DNA of 64,000 nt from a virus (lineage: Duplodnaviria; Caudoviricetes): IMG/VR virus record IMGVR_UViG_3300023047_000002. One strand, given 5' to 3'. The number at the start of each line of letters is the position of its first letter. The first letter of the stretch is position 1. Below, one piece after another: positions 1 through 10,164 of this stretch. The notes below the pieces were generated by a model. The model did not search any database. It was not told the origin of the DNA and was given only the letters and a program-made list of their open reading frames with translations. The position numbers and the translations under genes were made by a program.

Positions 1-78
1 CGTTATACGCGATTTTTTATTATAGACGTGTACTTACTAGGGTAAGGTCGTAACTTTTCAGTACGACGTAAATTTGAG
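1..78. repeat. Dispersed 78-bp structured element, copy 1 (inverted copy at 25047-25124); may be truncated by the window edge
   Basis: 65/78 nt identical by hand alignment to the reverse complement of 25047-25124. Confidence 0.85.
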
Positions 79-189
79 GCCCATATAAAGAAAAATCCCC
101 GTGACGGAGAACACAGGGATTTTTCTTTAAACACGCAAGAGGACTGCATACTAAATTAGATATGCATCTCACGTCTTGTTCTGTTCCGA

Positions 190-3100
190 TTAACGCTTTT
201 CCCAAGGTAATCTTAAACTGTTTTGAAGATATCCAGGGAATCCATCTATGGCATCAATCACATTGAGCCACAAATCACGCAAATCTTTGAACAGACCTTC
301 AAGATCAGAATCAAGATGTAAAGAGTCCGCAAGGAGATCTATCTGCTCAAGGTCTAAATCAAACATGGCCTCAACAGTACCATCTATACGCTCAACTTCC
401 TCATACATCTCTTCAAAGTCCTGCATCGACACTTTTCCACGACCTTTGAGAAGATCCAAATACGTTGGAAGTGACGAATCATCGTTAATCTCGAAAGAAG
501 CATCACCATAACCTAACCGTGAAGCATCGCAGGAATATTGTTTTTCATTAAAAGAATCCTCAATCTGGTCAAGACAATCAAGAATATCTGACGCATAGAA
601 CGCCAGTTCTTCATTATCTTTCTTGTTATCCTGAACCCAATCACGGCAATTGCGAATACTCGACTCAATGTAGTAAGGCATCTCACTTCCCTTTCCACCA
701 CGATTCGAATTGTCACGGATAAAGATAGCAACAGGGTCATCCACGATAGAATCATCAAATCGCTTAAAAGCATCGAACAAGTCTTCCATATCATCACGCA
801 GTTCTTTCTTCTCAGACGGAGTAAGGAACTGACGGCGAGATGTGGTGTGCTTTTTAATATATCGCATGTCGCGAAGAAGCTGCTGAATGTAATTGTCATT
901 CAACTTTACCCACCCATCTGCACAACGCTCTCTGAAAGCATTTACATCAGAAGCAGTTATCTCTTCCTCAATGGTAGGGAGACCATTCATGTTTACCCAT
1001 TCAAGCAACTCCTGAATAGGATAATCTTCATATTTGCTGTATATCATTGCTTCATTACGTCCTTTACTGTTCCTGTTACGTAAATATTTACGTGTACGGC
1101 TCTCGAACACGTTCACATTAACCATATTACGAATACTTGCTGAATCGTCAATATCTATTCCATCAACAAGGTCAATGCACTCACCGAATGCAGCACAAGC
1201 ACAACGTATAAGGAATTTTAACCCTTCCACTTGTTTGTCTGCATCGACTTCACGGCACATCGCAGTCGCATTATACACGTTATCAACGAGAGAACATCCA
1301 TAAGCACGACCACGGGTTTTTACCAAGCCTGAGAACACACGGTCAATATGCTCTCCGAGTTTCTTGCGACCCACACTCTGAACACCATTAACCTGTCCAA
1401 GACTTACGGATACACAGAACGGAATGAGGTCATGTTTTGCCTGTGGGTCATCAAGACTGCCAATATACGGCGCGGCGATTTTAATGCTTAATGAACAACT
1501 CCAATCAGGTGCGTTCGCTCCACGTCCGCTGACATTGTAACTTACTTTTCCGCCACGCAATGGTTTTCCGCTCTTTCCGATTTCAGGTTCACGTCGTGCA
1601 AATCCACCGAACGACACAGATATACCACCATAAACAGCGTGTTCAGTGTCGAATCCGTAATCCTCACGTGAGGGATCACCCATCCAAGCATCCGCAAAAT
1701 TTCTTCCTGTTGCTTTAGAACCTTTACCTTGGAAATCAGACTGAATGGCAATAATCATATCAGTCGCATCCTGTTTATTCAGGGCTTCCTCACGGCCAAC
1801 AACCTTAGTCGATCCTTGACCACCGGTCACCTCAGTAAGAGTTGAGATGTACGCATTTGCTTCTTGCTCAGCTATTGCACGGTAAGAAGACTGTTCCCAT
1901 TCAAGCCGCTTTCCAGGTCCGCCTGTTCTTGCACGTTTTCCAGTTTCAGGGTCTTTTGGAGAATCGCCCGTAATACGTGCTGCGGCATCGTGTTTGGAAG
2001 GATCGTCCAAAAGGTCATCAAAGTCCATTCCGTGAGCGTGCGATCCTACGCCATGCTCAAGTTCTTTTGTATCGATGTCACCAAACACAACAGGAAGAAT
2101 ATCTGCCAGTTCAGGATTATCACGAAGAATAGACAGACGAACCGAATCGGCAGTATCGTTATCATTCAGAGGGTGTAAAATCTCAAGAAGCTCTTCCTGA
2201 GAAATAACATCGTTCTTAACAGCTGCAATCATCAGCTTCTTGAGATTACCCATTGCTACACGCTTGTTCGAGAAGTCAGTAACGATGAGTGAATCAGAAT
2301 CCTTTGGCTGTGCAACATCCGTACTGCTTACATGCGATTTCCAATCATCACCATACTGAGCTTTCAATGTGGCGAGACGTTGTTTCGATGTAGATGACGG
2401 TTTAAGATTGCTTTTACGAGGAACTTGTCCTGTCTTCAGGAATCGAACATAGATCTTAATTTCTTCAATGAGAGGGATGTTTCCTTTCTGGTCAGGCATG
2501 ATACTGATACCGTAAACACGACGGTCAACAAGTACCTGATTACCGTTATCATCAACGTCATAGATTTCTTCAACGTCTCCGTCATTAAATCCCTCTAACG
2601 TCTTACGCAGATGACGCACTCTTGTTTTGCGTTCATGTACGCCGAGCTGATCAGCGATTTTTACAAAAACGGATGGGCGTATGTGTTTTGCAACCACTTT
2701 TTCGCCTTTGTCTGTTATGCAGAACAGACCGCTTTTGTCGATACCGATCTGGACGTAATGATCAATACCAAAGTTAGATCTGCCCATCACATCAATATAG
2801 CATTGTCCGTAGCTGCGAACAAATTTGCAAAGACCCATAAGCGTTGCATCACCGGCACTTTCGCATTTACGAATAGTTCCGGTCTTAACGGCACACTCAC
2901 GTCTTCCACGTCCTCCGTCAATTTGGTTCAATGCTTTAGTAATGAAATTCTTTGTCGAATCACTGACTTTCCAGTCTGACATTCGTGGACTCTGCATCTC
3001 AAAGAAACCTAAGTTTCCTCCACGACCATTAAAAGTGTCCGCAATAGCAACACGCATCGTTACAGACCACATACCCGTATTGAGTGCATCACGAACTGTC

Positions 3101-3297
3101 TTTTCCAAGGATTTCAAAAACGACTTGTATGCCTTGTCCTGAGCATTAAAGTCTCTTTGAGACAAAGACAGTTTTTTAATAACACGACTGGATTCCCCCT
3201 CACATACGATGAACTGATACTCACAGTCCATGAAGTAATCCATCTTTCGTGCGTTTAACTCACGGTAAATAAAGTCAAGAAACTCTTTAAATTTCAT
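190..3297 (-). CDS. Large hypothetical protein (1035 aa), candidate head-internal/ejection protein
   Basis: Long ORF next to the neck gene; N-terminus MKFKEFLD resembles the T4 capsid-targeting sequence; internal basic linker FESRTRKYLRNRNSKGRNEAM. Confidence 0.6.
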   Translation of the reverse strand: MKFKEFLDFIYRELNARKMDYFMDCEYQFIVCEGESSRVIKKLSLSQRDFNAQDKAYKSFLKSLEKTVRDALNTGMWSVTMRVAIADTFNGRGGNLGFFEMQSPRMSDWKVSDSTKNFITKALNQIDGGRGRRECAVKTGTIRKCESAGDATLMGLCKFVRSYGQCYIDVMGRSNFGIDHYVQIGIDKSGLFCITDKGEKVVAKHIRPSVFVKIADQLGVHERKTRVRHLRKTLEGFNDGDVEEIYDVDDNGNQVLVDRRVYGISIMPDQKGNIPLIEEIKIYVRFLKTGQVPRKSNLKPSSTSKQRLATLKAQYGDDWKSHVSSTDVAQPKDSDSLIVTDFSNKRVAMGNLKKLMIAAVKNDVISQEELLEILHPLNDNDTADSVRLSILRDNPELADILPVVFGDIDTKELEHGVGSHAHGMDFDDLLDDPSKHDAAARITGDSPKDPETGKRARTGGPGKRLEWEQSSYRAIAEQEANAYISTLTEVTGGQGSTKVVGREEALNKQDATDMIIAIQSDFQGKGSKATGRNFADAWMGDPSREDYGFDTEHAVYGGISVSFGGFARREPEIGKSGKPLRGGKVSYNVSGRGANAPDWSCSLSIKIAAPYIGSLDDPQAKHDLIPFCVSVSLGQVNGVQSVGRKKLGEHIDRVFSGLVKTRGRAYGCSLVDNVYNATAMCREVDADKQVEGLKFLIRCACAAFGECIDLVDGIDIDDSASIRNMVNVNVFESRTRKYLRNRNSKGRNEAMIYSKYEDYPIQELLEWVNMNGLPTIEEEITASDVNAFRERCADGWVKLNDNYIQQLLRDMRYIKKHTTSRRQFLTPSEKKELRDDMEDLFDAFKRFDDSIVDDPVAIFIRDNSNRGGKGSEMPYYIESSIRNCRDWVQDNKKDNEELAFYASDILDCLDQIEDSFNEKQYSCDASRLGYGDASFEINDDSSLPTYLDLLKGRGKVSMQDFEEMYEEVERIDGTVEAMFDLDLEQIDLLADSLHLDSDLEGLFKDLRDLWLNVIDAIDGFPGYLQNSLRLPWEKR

Positions 3298-3302
3298 AAT
3301 CC

Positions 3303-3989
3303 TTACCTCATGCAGTAGAACAAGCTGTGTGACACTGTGCCGAGCTTCTGTTCCAACTCGTTTATTGCACTGTTACCCTCAGACAGAAGGTCCGACGAAG
3401 ACAATGTGACCGGCGAACCCTGGATAGTCACTTTTGAATAGATACGACCGAGTATCAATTTGGTCAATGCAAGAGAATACTCAAAACACCAATTGACATA
3501 GTTTTCTGGCATATTCTCTACGCTTTTTTCTGTGATTGCCTCTACAGTATAAGGCGGTTTTTGACCATCAATGTATAACGTATCACCTGCCAAACGAAAC
3601 CCGATATCGTCAACGGTTTCTTCAAGAGTGTTATATAACGTCTGTGCAAGTAACGACTGTTGAAGACCATTTGAGAACGCCGTACTGTTACCAAGGCTGC
3701 CATAGTACATATTCATCTGAATAATGTCCGTAGTAGCCTGATAATTTGATTGTGCATACGTACCTGACGGAGAATGCACACGCAAAACAGCATAGACAAG
3801 TTTATCGGTAAATTTAACAGTGGAAGACACTACCGTGAATACATCAACTGAATTGAGATAAGGTGCTACTTTTCGTATAGCGATGTCACATTGTTGACTT
3901 ATTACGTCATCGCCTATCTCGATGTTCACGACAGGCCAGCCTAGACGTGTCTTAATCTCGTTCACCCATCTTGCACGGTCTAAAAGCAT
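3303..3989 (-). CDS. gp13: Neck/head-tail adaptor protein, T4 gp13-like
   Basis: N-terminal IKTRLGWPVVNIEI...IAI and C-terminal W...YSLALTKLILGRIYSK match the T4 gp13 family pattern; head-module context. Confidence 0.75.
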   Translation of the reverse strand: MLLDRARWVNEIKTRLGWPVVNIEIGDDVISQQCDIAIRKVAPYLNSVDVFTVVSSTVKFTDKLVYAVLRVHSPSGTYAQSNYQATTDIIQMNMYYGSLGNSTAFSNGLQQSLLAQTLYNTLEETVDDIGFRLAGDTLYIDGQKPPYTVEAITEKSVENMPENYVNWCFEYSLALTKLILGRIYSKVTIQGSPVTLSSSDLLSEGNSAINELEQKLGTVSHSLFYCMR

Positions 3990-4041
3990 TTGTACTCTCC
4001 TGGAAAGGAACTAACATAAGTATCCTTGTTTTTTGATACAA

Positions 4042-4074
4042 CAAAGCCACCATGAATGAAGCACGGTGGCTTTG
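4042..4074. terminator. Stem-loop, probable intrinsic terminator
   Basis: caaagccacc / ggtggctttg 10-bp inverted repeat in an intergenic gap. Confidence 0.5.
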
Positions 4075-4109
4075 ACATAACAGGAATAACTTAAAACAGC
4101 GTACCTCAC

Positions 4110-4532
4110 TTATTTCAAAAGTTTGTGAACCTCGCGTTCATTGCAGACCAACTCAAACATGGTTGTCGTCACATAATCGCAACGATCTTCAAGCTCTGTG
4201 ATGATGGTTACATTATCACATGTACCATAATCTGAAACGAAATCTTCAAAAGATTCATCGTCCTCAAACAGATACGCAGTTACTCCATACACCTCATCAT
4301 CACCCTCACCGGACAGGATGCATAACCTTAAATGTTCATCAGCATCTGCTACACTCAAAGCACGAACAGTATCGGAAACGGCATCATTGAAACAATCGCA
4401 TAACCATTCGTCAAACATGGATGGCGAAAGGCATACATCGTTACGACATGCAAGAACATACGGCTGATCACCTGCATCAACATCCAGCATATCCAGTATC
4501 TTACGTACAACAGAATCTTCATTGCGTGACAT
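4110..4532 (-). CDS. Hypothetical acidic protein
   Basis: 140-aa ORF with GGAG RBS, co-oriented in the operon. Confidence 0.7.
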   Translation of the reverse strand: MSRNEDSVVRKILDMLDVDAGDQPYVLACRNDVCLSPSMFDEWLCDCFNDAVSDTVRALSVADADEHLRLCILSGEGDDEVYGVTAYLFEDDESFEDFVSDYGTCDNVTIITELEDRCDYVTTTMFELVCNEREVHKLLK

Positions 4533-4549
4533 AACGGGACTCCAAACGA

Positions 4550-5047
4550 TTAAAGATTCTTTGCGGCTTTGAGCATGTCTTTTCGGCTCATACCATCAGT
4601 GTCGATACCCTTTGACGCGAGATACGCAGCGAGTTCGTCCTTTTTCATCATGAAAATCTCTTTCTTAGGGGATTCTTCGTGTGCTTTATTAACTTCAGCG
4701 TTCTTTGAATCCATATCAGAGGTTTCTTCCGATGAAACCTGTTCTACTGTATCCGTAACTTCTTCAACACTCTGATGTTCTTCAGACGAAACAGTTTCAG
4801 CAACAGTATCAATCGGTGTTTCGTTAGGTACCATGTCGTTCTCTACTGGTTTATGTAAGGCATTTCCGTTATCAGAAATTGCGGAAATAACCTTTACAGA
4901 GAACGCATTGTTGCGTTGAAGCTCACGAAGCATATCATCCGTAAGGTTCATTCTGACCTGAATCCCTGCGGGGAAAATATACCGTTTTCCACCAACCCAC
5001 ACGCCTGTCTTAACACGACGTAAATTCTTAACCTCTGCTTTTACCAT
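4550..5047 (-). CDS. Hypothetical protein with C-terminal small helical (Rho-N/HeH-like) domain
   Basis: Acidic linker, then MKKDELAAYLASKGIDTDGMSRKDML. Confidence 0.6.
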   Translation of the reverse strand: MVKAEVKNLRRVKTGVWVGGKRYIFPAGIQVRMNLTDDMLRELQRNNAFSVKVISAISDNGNALHKPVENDMVPNETPIDTVAETVSSEEHQSVEEVTDTVEQVSSEETSDMDSKNAEVNKAHEESPKKEIFMMKKDELAAYLASKGIDTDGMSRKDMLKAAKNL

Positions 5048-5200
5048 AGCAATGATTCCTTTACATAATACAACATTTGAAACAGATTACGGACTGCTTT
5101 TCAAGCCGTCTTCAAACTTCTTCAAATATAGATATAACGCAAACACAGATACGATGACACGCGAATAGCAAACACCTGTCCCATACGCCTACTTGGTAGT

Positions 5201-6946
5201 TCACTTAATTCGTTGCAGCATCACGCAAGCACCTGTATAACCATTTGGCACGTAGTCCTCATAAGAACTGTTGTAGGAACTCACACAGCTTAGTAATTTG
5301 TATTTACCTGACGATAGATACGCGTAATTAGGTGCACCGCCTCCATTGCCTTGGGTTGCAGTACTCAGCGGTACATAAGTACTTGTACCATTAGAATCAG
5401 AACCTGGTTTAAATGTGGCATAATACCATGCGCCTCTTTCAGGATCATTTTCGTAGTCATTTGTATGTGCAAATGGCTGTTCGGTCTCCCAATTACTTGG
5501 CGTAACCACGTCAATAATCTTACCTGCGGGTTGTGGGTTACCGAAAATACTTCTTAAAGTTGCCCAACACGGAATTGCCATTATTATTGACCCAATTTCT
5601 ACCTTGAATAAAGGCGGCTCAGTATATTCATTCTCGCCAGGAAATGTTGGATGATCCGCTGTCGGTACATATTCAGGCGAAACGAGTTCGCCATGTAATT
5701 TACCACACGTAATAGGCGGTTTTTTGTCAGTGCCAGTTGTAGGCTCTAGTCTAATTCCAAAACCGGCATCAAAACCACCAATCTTAAGACCACCAGAAAT
5801 GGCATCCATAACGATTTGGCGTGTGTCGTTATCGGCCATCAATGTTATACCTGATGTACATTGAAGGTTATCAGTATAAATCTTACGCCATTTGTATGAG
5901 CTGCTGCCTAAGTCGTACAAAGCATTAACTGTTGGTATTAAACTACCTTGCATTGACAGAAGTCCTGAACCTCCTGTGGATAGATAGCCAGTGCCAAAGT
6001 CAATGCTATCTGTATAAACGCTTATGAACCTTCTGTCGTAATCACCTAATCGAATATTACTACCATCAGGTAAAATGGATCTGGTTATTGTTATACCAGA
6101 TCTTCCAGCGGCTAGACTTTCACATGTGAGTTCACCGCATGTGATTTGAGGGAAATCCGCACTGAATGTGACGTGAAGTGTTTTGATGTATGCGACTTCC
6201 CACGGATCTTCTTCAGTTCCAAGACCCGAGACATTAGCGTGAGGATCCGGTTTGAGTGTGGTTGCACATACAGTAATGGCACCGATATGATCAACGCCGT
6301 TCTCCACCCACGTGTTTCGGATACCTTGTGTAGAGACGTTTCCCCACGGATGCTCCTGATCACCAAGCCATGATGAGGTCGTTTCGGGGATAATATTGGC
6401 ATCGACGGTCATATCACCGCCCACAAAACCTGTCCCTAACTCATACTGATCGATGTAAGCATCATTAAGAACCACATAATCTTGGAATATCTTTTCTCCC
6501 TTAATCTCTTGAGTATCGCCATCAGACGGATTCCAATCATTCAGCAAGGAAGACAATACATTTCTGTCAAGGGACACATCTCCAAATGTGATCTTATTAC
6601 AGGTAATGTTGCCGATATCTGCATAACCCAAGGTCGCAGTTGTTCCATAAAGGTCAGTCAAATAAACATCGGACACTCCAAGCCGTCCCTTTTCGTCACC
6701 TTTATCAAGAATTTCTACTTTATGTGCTTTCAGCGTATTCAGATTTAGATCTTCTTTAGTCTCTTTCATACTGCGTATAAATGCGGCTGTCAGAAACTCA
6801 TCACCAACCCAAAGATTTTCCCCGACGTGAAGATCTCCGGTACACGAAATCTCATAGCTTGAAATGTTGGTGGCAGTTAAAGTACCAAGACTCATTTCAT
6901 AAACTTCATCTTGCGGATTCCATGTAATCAATTTCACTGTACGCAT
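5201..6946 (-). CDS. Fibre-like virion protein (probable start MRTVKL at 6946)
   Basis: GGAGG RBS before 6946; four P-x(n)-LG-x(4-5)-W/F repeats typical of phage fibres; C-terminal GKYKLL...MLQRI tip-like motif. Confidence 0.6.
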   Translation of the reverse strand: MRTVKLITWNPQDEVYEMSLGTLTATNISSYEISCTGDLHVGENLWVGDEFLTAAFIRSMKETKEDLNLNTLKAHKVEILDKGDEKGRLGVSDVYLTDLYGTTATLGYADIGNITCNKITFGDVSLDRNVLSSLLNDWNPSDGDTQEIKGEKIFQDYVVLNDAYIDQYELGTGFVGGDMTVDANIIPETTSSWLGDQEHPWGNVSTQGIRNTWVENGVDHIGAITVCATTLKPDPHANVSGLGTEEDPWEVAYIKTLHVTFSADFPQITCGELTCESLAAGRSGITITRSILPDGSNIRLGDYDRRFISVYTDSIDFGTGYLSTGGSGLLSMQGSLIPTVNALYDLGSSSYKWRKIYTDNLQCTSGITLMADNDTRQIVMDAISGGLKIGGFDAGFGIRLEPTTGTDKKPPITCGKLHGELVSPEYVPTADHPTFPGENEYTEPPLFKVEIGSIIMAIPCWATLRSIFGNPQPAGKIIDVVTPSNWETEQPFAHTNDYENDPERGAWYYATFKPGSDSNGTSTYVPLSTATQGNGGGAPNYAYLSSGKYKLLSCVSSYNSSYEDYVPNGYTGACVMLQRIK

Positions 6947-6986
6947 AAAACCTCCATAAGTACATAAGACTGTGATTTGATACACA

Positions 6987-8177
6987 TCATACACACTCAT
7001 ACGTAAAAGAAGCACAAGGAATTTCCTCAGATAAAACAAAACCCAACCTGCCCATCATACGAAGGCACACCTCACATGCAGGAGAAGTCTTGACGTAAGA
7101 TTCATGCATCTCAGGGTACATAAGGGCGAGCAATGAACGAAGGGAAAATCCCACCTGTGAAAACACACGTTCACGAACAATACAATCACGTCCAACCCAC
7201 ACAGGATATTTGCGGATAGCGGCTTTACGCTTCGAAGGCTGCATACATGTAACATCAGAAAACCATATCTCAGGCATCGTCAATTCTACAGCAAACCTAA
7301 ATGACTCTTCAGACGGATTTCTACGAACGGATGACGAACAAAACCAGGTCATGAACTCATTTAAGAATCTGTCCGTAAATCGAAAGTGGGATACCTTTGG
7401 GAACACACGCATGGTAAGTATCGGATACTTACAACAAACTTTACGGGAAGACAAAAGACGTGCATCGAACCGCAAGCACAGGTATGCACACCCACATTCA
7501 ACGTACATAAACGACTCCCTTTTATAATCACACGGCATAAGGTGTTCTACGAAAGGACTGTAGTCTATTCTTGAAAGAAACTCATCATTAGTATTTACAT
7601 CATTCATCACTTTGAAGTCATACTGACAATCCGACGTACCGGACGAATCACGCGCATACAGCAGAGAGTAAAATGTCGGAGAGAAACATTTAATAATGGA
7701 TTTCATCGTTACGTCTTCATCAGATAAAACCGTACCGTATGACGGATAATCGGCAACAGGAAACTTAACTCTGTTTACAGATGAAGACAGTAGAGAATGC
7801 AAACGCATACCTGCTGTTTCATTGAACTTAACACCAAAAGATGACAGCGTTATGGATGTACGTTGTTTGTGTGCAATGCATAAAGCAGGAACTTCTTCGT
7901 GCCTTACAGGGAACTTCCTTATTCTGTAAGAATGAAGGAGTTCTACGAAATGCTTACGTGCAGAAAGCATACGTTCACATTCACAGGAACAGTAACCTCT
8001 CTTGAAAAGTCTTTTAGGATACCAACCTTCCCTCTTGCACAGGACACAAACACACCGGTACATGCGTTTGGAATCATCACCTATACCATCGGTACGGATG
8101 TCACCGGTGAACCTTAACGTATGCGACATCCTTCCCTTTGGCACATCTGAGTTTCTTTTCATGCTGTCACATGTCAT
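6987..8177 (-). CDS. Cys-rich hypothetical protein sharing a zinc-ribbon module with the upstream endonuclease
   Basis: SHTLRFTG...CxCxxC...WYxKRLF...CxCER...HF module also present in 8174-9946; ATGA-coupled to it. Confidence 0.65.
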   Translation of the reverse strand: MTCDSMKRNSDVPKGRMSHTLRFTGDIRTDGIGDDSKRMYRCVCVLCKREGWYPKRLFKRGYCSCECERMLSARKHFVELLHSYRIRKFPVRHEEVPALCIAHKQRTSITLSSFGVKFNETAGMRLHSLLSSSVNRVKFPVADYPSYGTVLSDEDVTMKSIIKCFSPTFYSLLYARDSSGTSDCQYDFKVMNDVNTNDEFLSRIDYSPFVEHLMPCDYKRESFMYVECGCAYLCLRFDARLLSSRKVCCKYPILTMRVFPKVSHFRFTDRFLNEFMTWFCSSSVRRNPSEESFRFAVELTMPEIWFSDVTCMQPSKRKAAIRKYPVWVGRDCIVRERVFSQVGFSLRSLLALMYPEMHESYVKTSPACEVCLRMMGRLGFVLSEEIPCASFTYECV

Positions 8178-9946
8178 ACTGTACTCATATCATCGTCATA
8201 GTATTTAATCCACCTAATGTTGCCTGAACGAGTCACACGGAAGTAACCGAGCTTCTCCATGATGTAGATTTCCTTGCTAGATGCCCCGCATGATACAGCC
8301 TCCTCATAAAGTTCAGGATACCTTGCTTTCAATTTCTTTACCTGAACCTGCTCGCGCCTTACGACCGTAGACACTCCCCTTGCCCAATAGTATGGAAAAC
8401 TCACGTCTATACGTTCAAACCCCAAGCTCGCGTACATGCCTCCTGTGAACAAATCGCAGTCGGAGTAAGAAACAACGGAAGAAGGTCTGTATTCGCGCTC
8501 GAACGCACGAAGCAGCCTTGAGGCACCACCGACAACGGAATACCCATGACGAACTGAAAACCGAAGAAGCTCATACTGACCGCCGGTAAAGCGACCGTCC
8601 TTAAATTTCGGAAGACTGAAAGACATCATGCAGAACACCTCAGAGGTACCCTTGTCTGTAAGGGAATAGGTCACAGACACATTCGTCCTCGCATTAAGAC
8701 CCTGCATGTGATTGCATGAGTAGAAAGAAATCGCCTCTTCATGCGTGGCCTTTCTGATATCCAAGCAACGTGCGTACATAACTTTACGTGGAACCAGAAT
8801 ATCGTGCAGAAATGCCTTCCATGCGTCCTTACGTACATTCCAGGATGTCTGGTATATCTGTACAAGACGTATCCCCTTTGACATGCTATCCTTCCATTTC
8901 CTGTAATGGTATCGTCGGTCTGTACGTATCTTTTCTGAATGCCAGTAATCTCCGTTGCATTCTATCGCGAGGTTCATGGAAGGAATAAAGATGTCATACT
9001 CAAGCCCGTTTTCCATAACACTACGTTCATGCCGTCTGACAATTTCGGGTGATACAAGTGACATAACGTAATCAGACACCTCTTCCTCAAACGCACTTGT
9101 ACGACTGCCGCATTCAAGGCATACAGGCACACGATACTCATTGCTTATTATGTCCTTCATCCTCTTTGTGAACGGGTTTCCGCACACAGAACATTTAAGC
9201 GTGACCTCGTCGCTGTACAGATTGATTTCCTTTCTGTCCAGACGAACAAGTTCACTTTCCTTGAACAGAAGAGGACGTACCCATTCAGGGTATTCACGGG
9301 ATGCAACGAACGTCTCCTTATGAAGACATCCGCATGAACGGGTCATCCCGTTAAGCAGGAGTTTCCTTCTTACAGATACAACACTGCCGCAGTCACATAC
9401 GCAGTCATACCATACAGCAGGGTCATCATGTGGAGGATTTTCAGTTCTCTTTATGACTGTTAGCTTCCCGTACTTCGTTCCCTGCAGAAGATCACCACGA
9501 TTATACTTCGGATACTTCATGACACGGTACTTCTTCAGAATCTCTATGAAGTGCCTTCTTCGTTCCATAAGGCGTTCACAGTCACATTTGGCATAACCTA
9601 GTCTGAAAAGACGCTTTGTGTACCATGAGGATTTGCCACATACAGTGCATGTGCAGTAATACTGACGTACCCCTTCCGTCATCGCATTCCCGGTAAAAAC
9701 AAGCGTGTGGCTCGTGCTTCCTTCTGCATCATCAGACATGTCTGGAGACCTGCGTGACCCTTTCTCTCTTTTGCATACCTTGCATTGAGTCACTAACCCG
9801 CGTGTAAGACGGTTGTACTGCACAATATACTCATTTCCGCAGGAACATCGACATACTGCCCTCAATGCGCTCTGCTCACGATTTTCACCAATAACGGTCA
9901 GGTCTCCAAACACCTCACCTACAATGTTTTTAATTACTGTCGGCAT
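8174..9946 (-). CDS. Putative homing-type endonuclease: Zn-ribbon repeats, PD-(D/E)xK/Vsr-like domain and C-terminal GNAT/Mom-like domain
   Basis: FGxLTV..CxCxCG repeats; EYDIFIP..NLAIECNGDYWHS; ELLRF..VVGGASRLL..VVSYSD..GxxYxxLGF; inserted directly after the capsid gene. Confidence 0.7.
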   Translation of the reverse strand: MPTVIKNIVGEVFGDLTVIGENREQSALRAVCRCSCGNEYIVQYNRLTRGLVTQCKVCKREKGSRRSPDMSDDAEGSTSHTLVFTGNAMTEGVRQYYCTCTVCGKSSWYTKRLFRLGYAKCDCERLMERRRHFIEILKKYRVMKYPKYNRGDLLQGTKYGKLTVIKRTENPPHDDPAVWYDCVCDCGSVVSVRRKLLLNGMTRSCGCLHKETFVASREYPEWVRPLLFKESELVRLDRKEINLYSDEVTLKCSVCGNPFTKRMKDIISNEYRVPVCLECGSRTSAFEEEVSDYVMSLVSPEIVRRHERSVMENGLEYDIFIPSMNLAIECNGDYWHSEKIRTDRRYHYRKWKDSMSKGIRLVQIYQTSWNVRKDAWKAFLHDILVPRKVMYARCLDIRKATHEEAISFYSCNHMQGLNARTNVSVTYSLTDKGTSEVFCMMSFSLPKFKDGRFTGGQYELLRFSVRHGYSVVGGASRLLRAFEREYRPSSVVSYSDCDLFTGGMYASLGFERIDVSFPYYWARGVSTVVRREQVQVKKLKARYPELYEEAVSCGASSKEIYIMEKLGYFRVTRSGNIRWIKYYDDDMSTV

Positions 9947-10091
9947 CTAGTCTCTCCACAAAATAAGCAAAAACACTTGCTACAAAAGGACTTTATATGC
10001 CGGCGCACTGACTGTCAATGGATTATTCATACAGATTTAAACGTGTATAGTACTGAATAATATGTCAGGAACTACTGTAAACCATTGATAT

Positions 10092-10132
10092 TAAAAAGAA
10101 AAGGCACTCAAACCGAGTGCCTTTTCTTTTTA
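10092..10132. terminator. Intrinsic terminator after the major capsid gene
   Basis: aaaaagaaaaggcactc-aaacc-gagtgccttttcttttt. Confidence 0.85.
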
Positions 10133-10164
10133 TCAAATCCCAGTACTAAACAAAAAGTACTGAA

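Noticed and set aside
248-3142. Many 60-180 aa ORFs antisense to or nested in long genes, here and throughout
   Set aside because: Shadow ORFs without RBS or motifs, overlapping well-supported CDSs.
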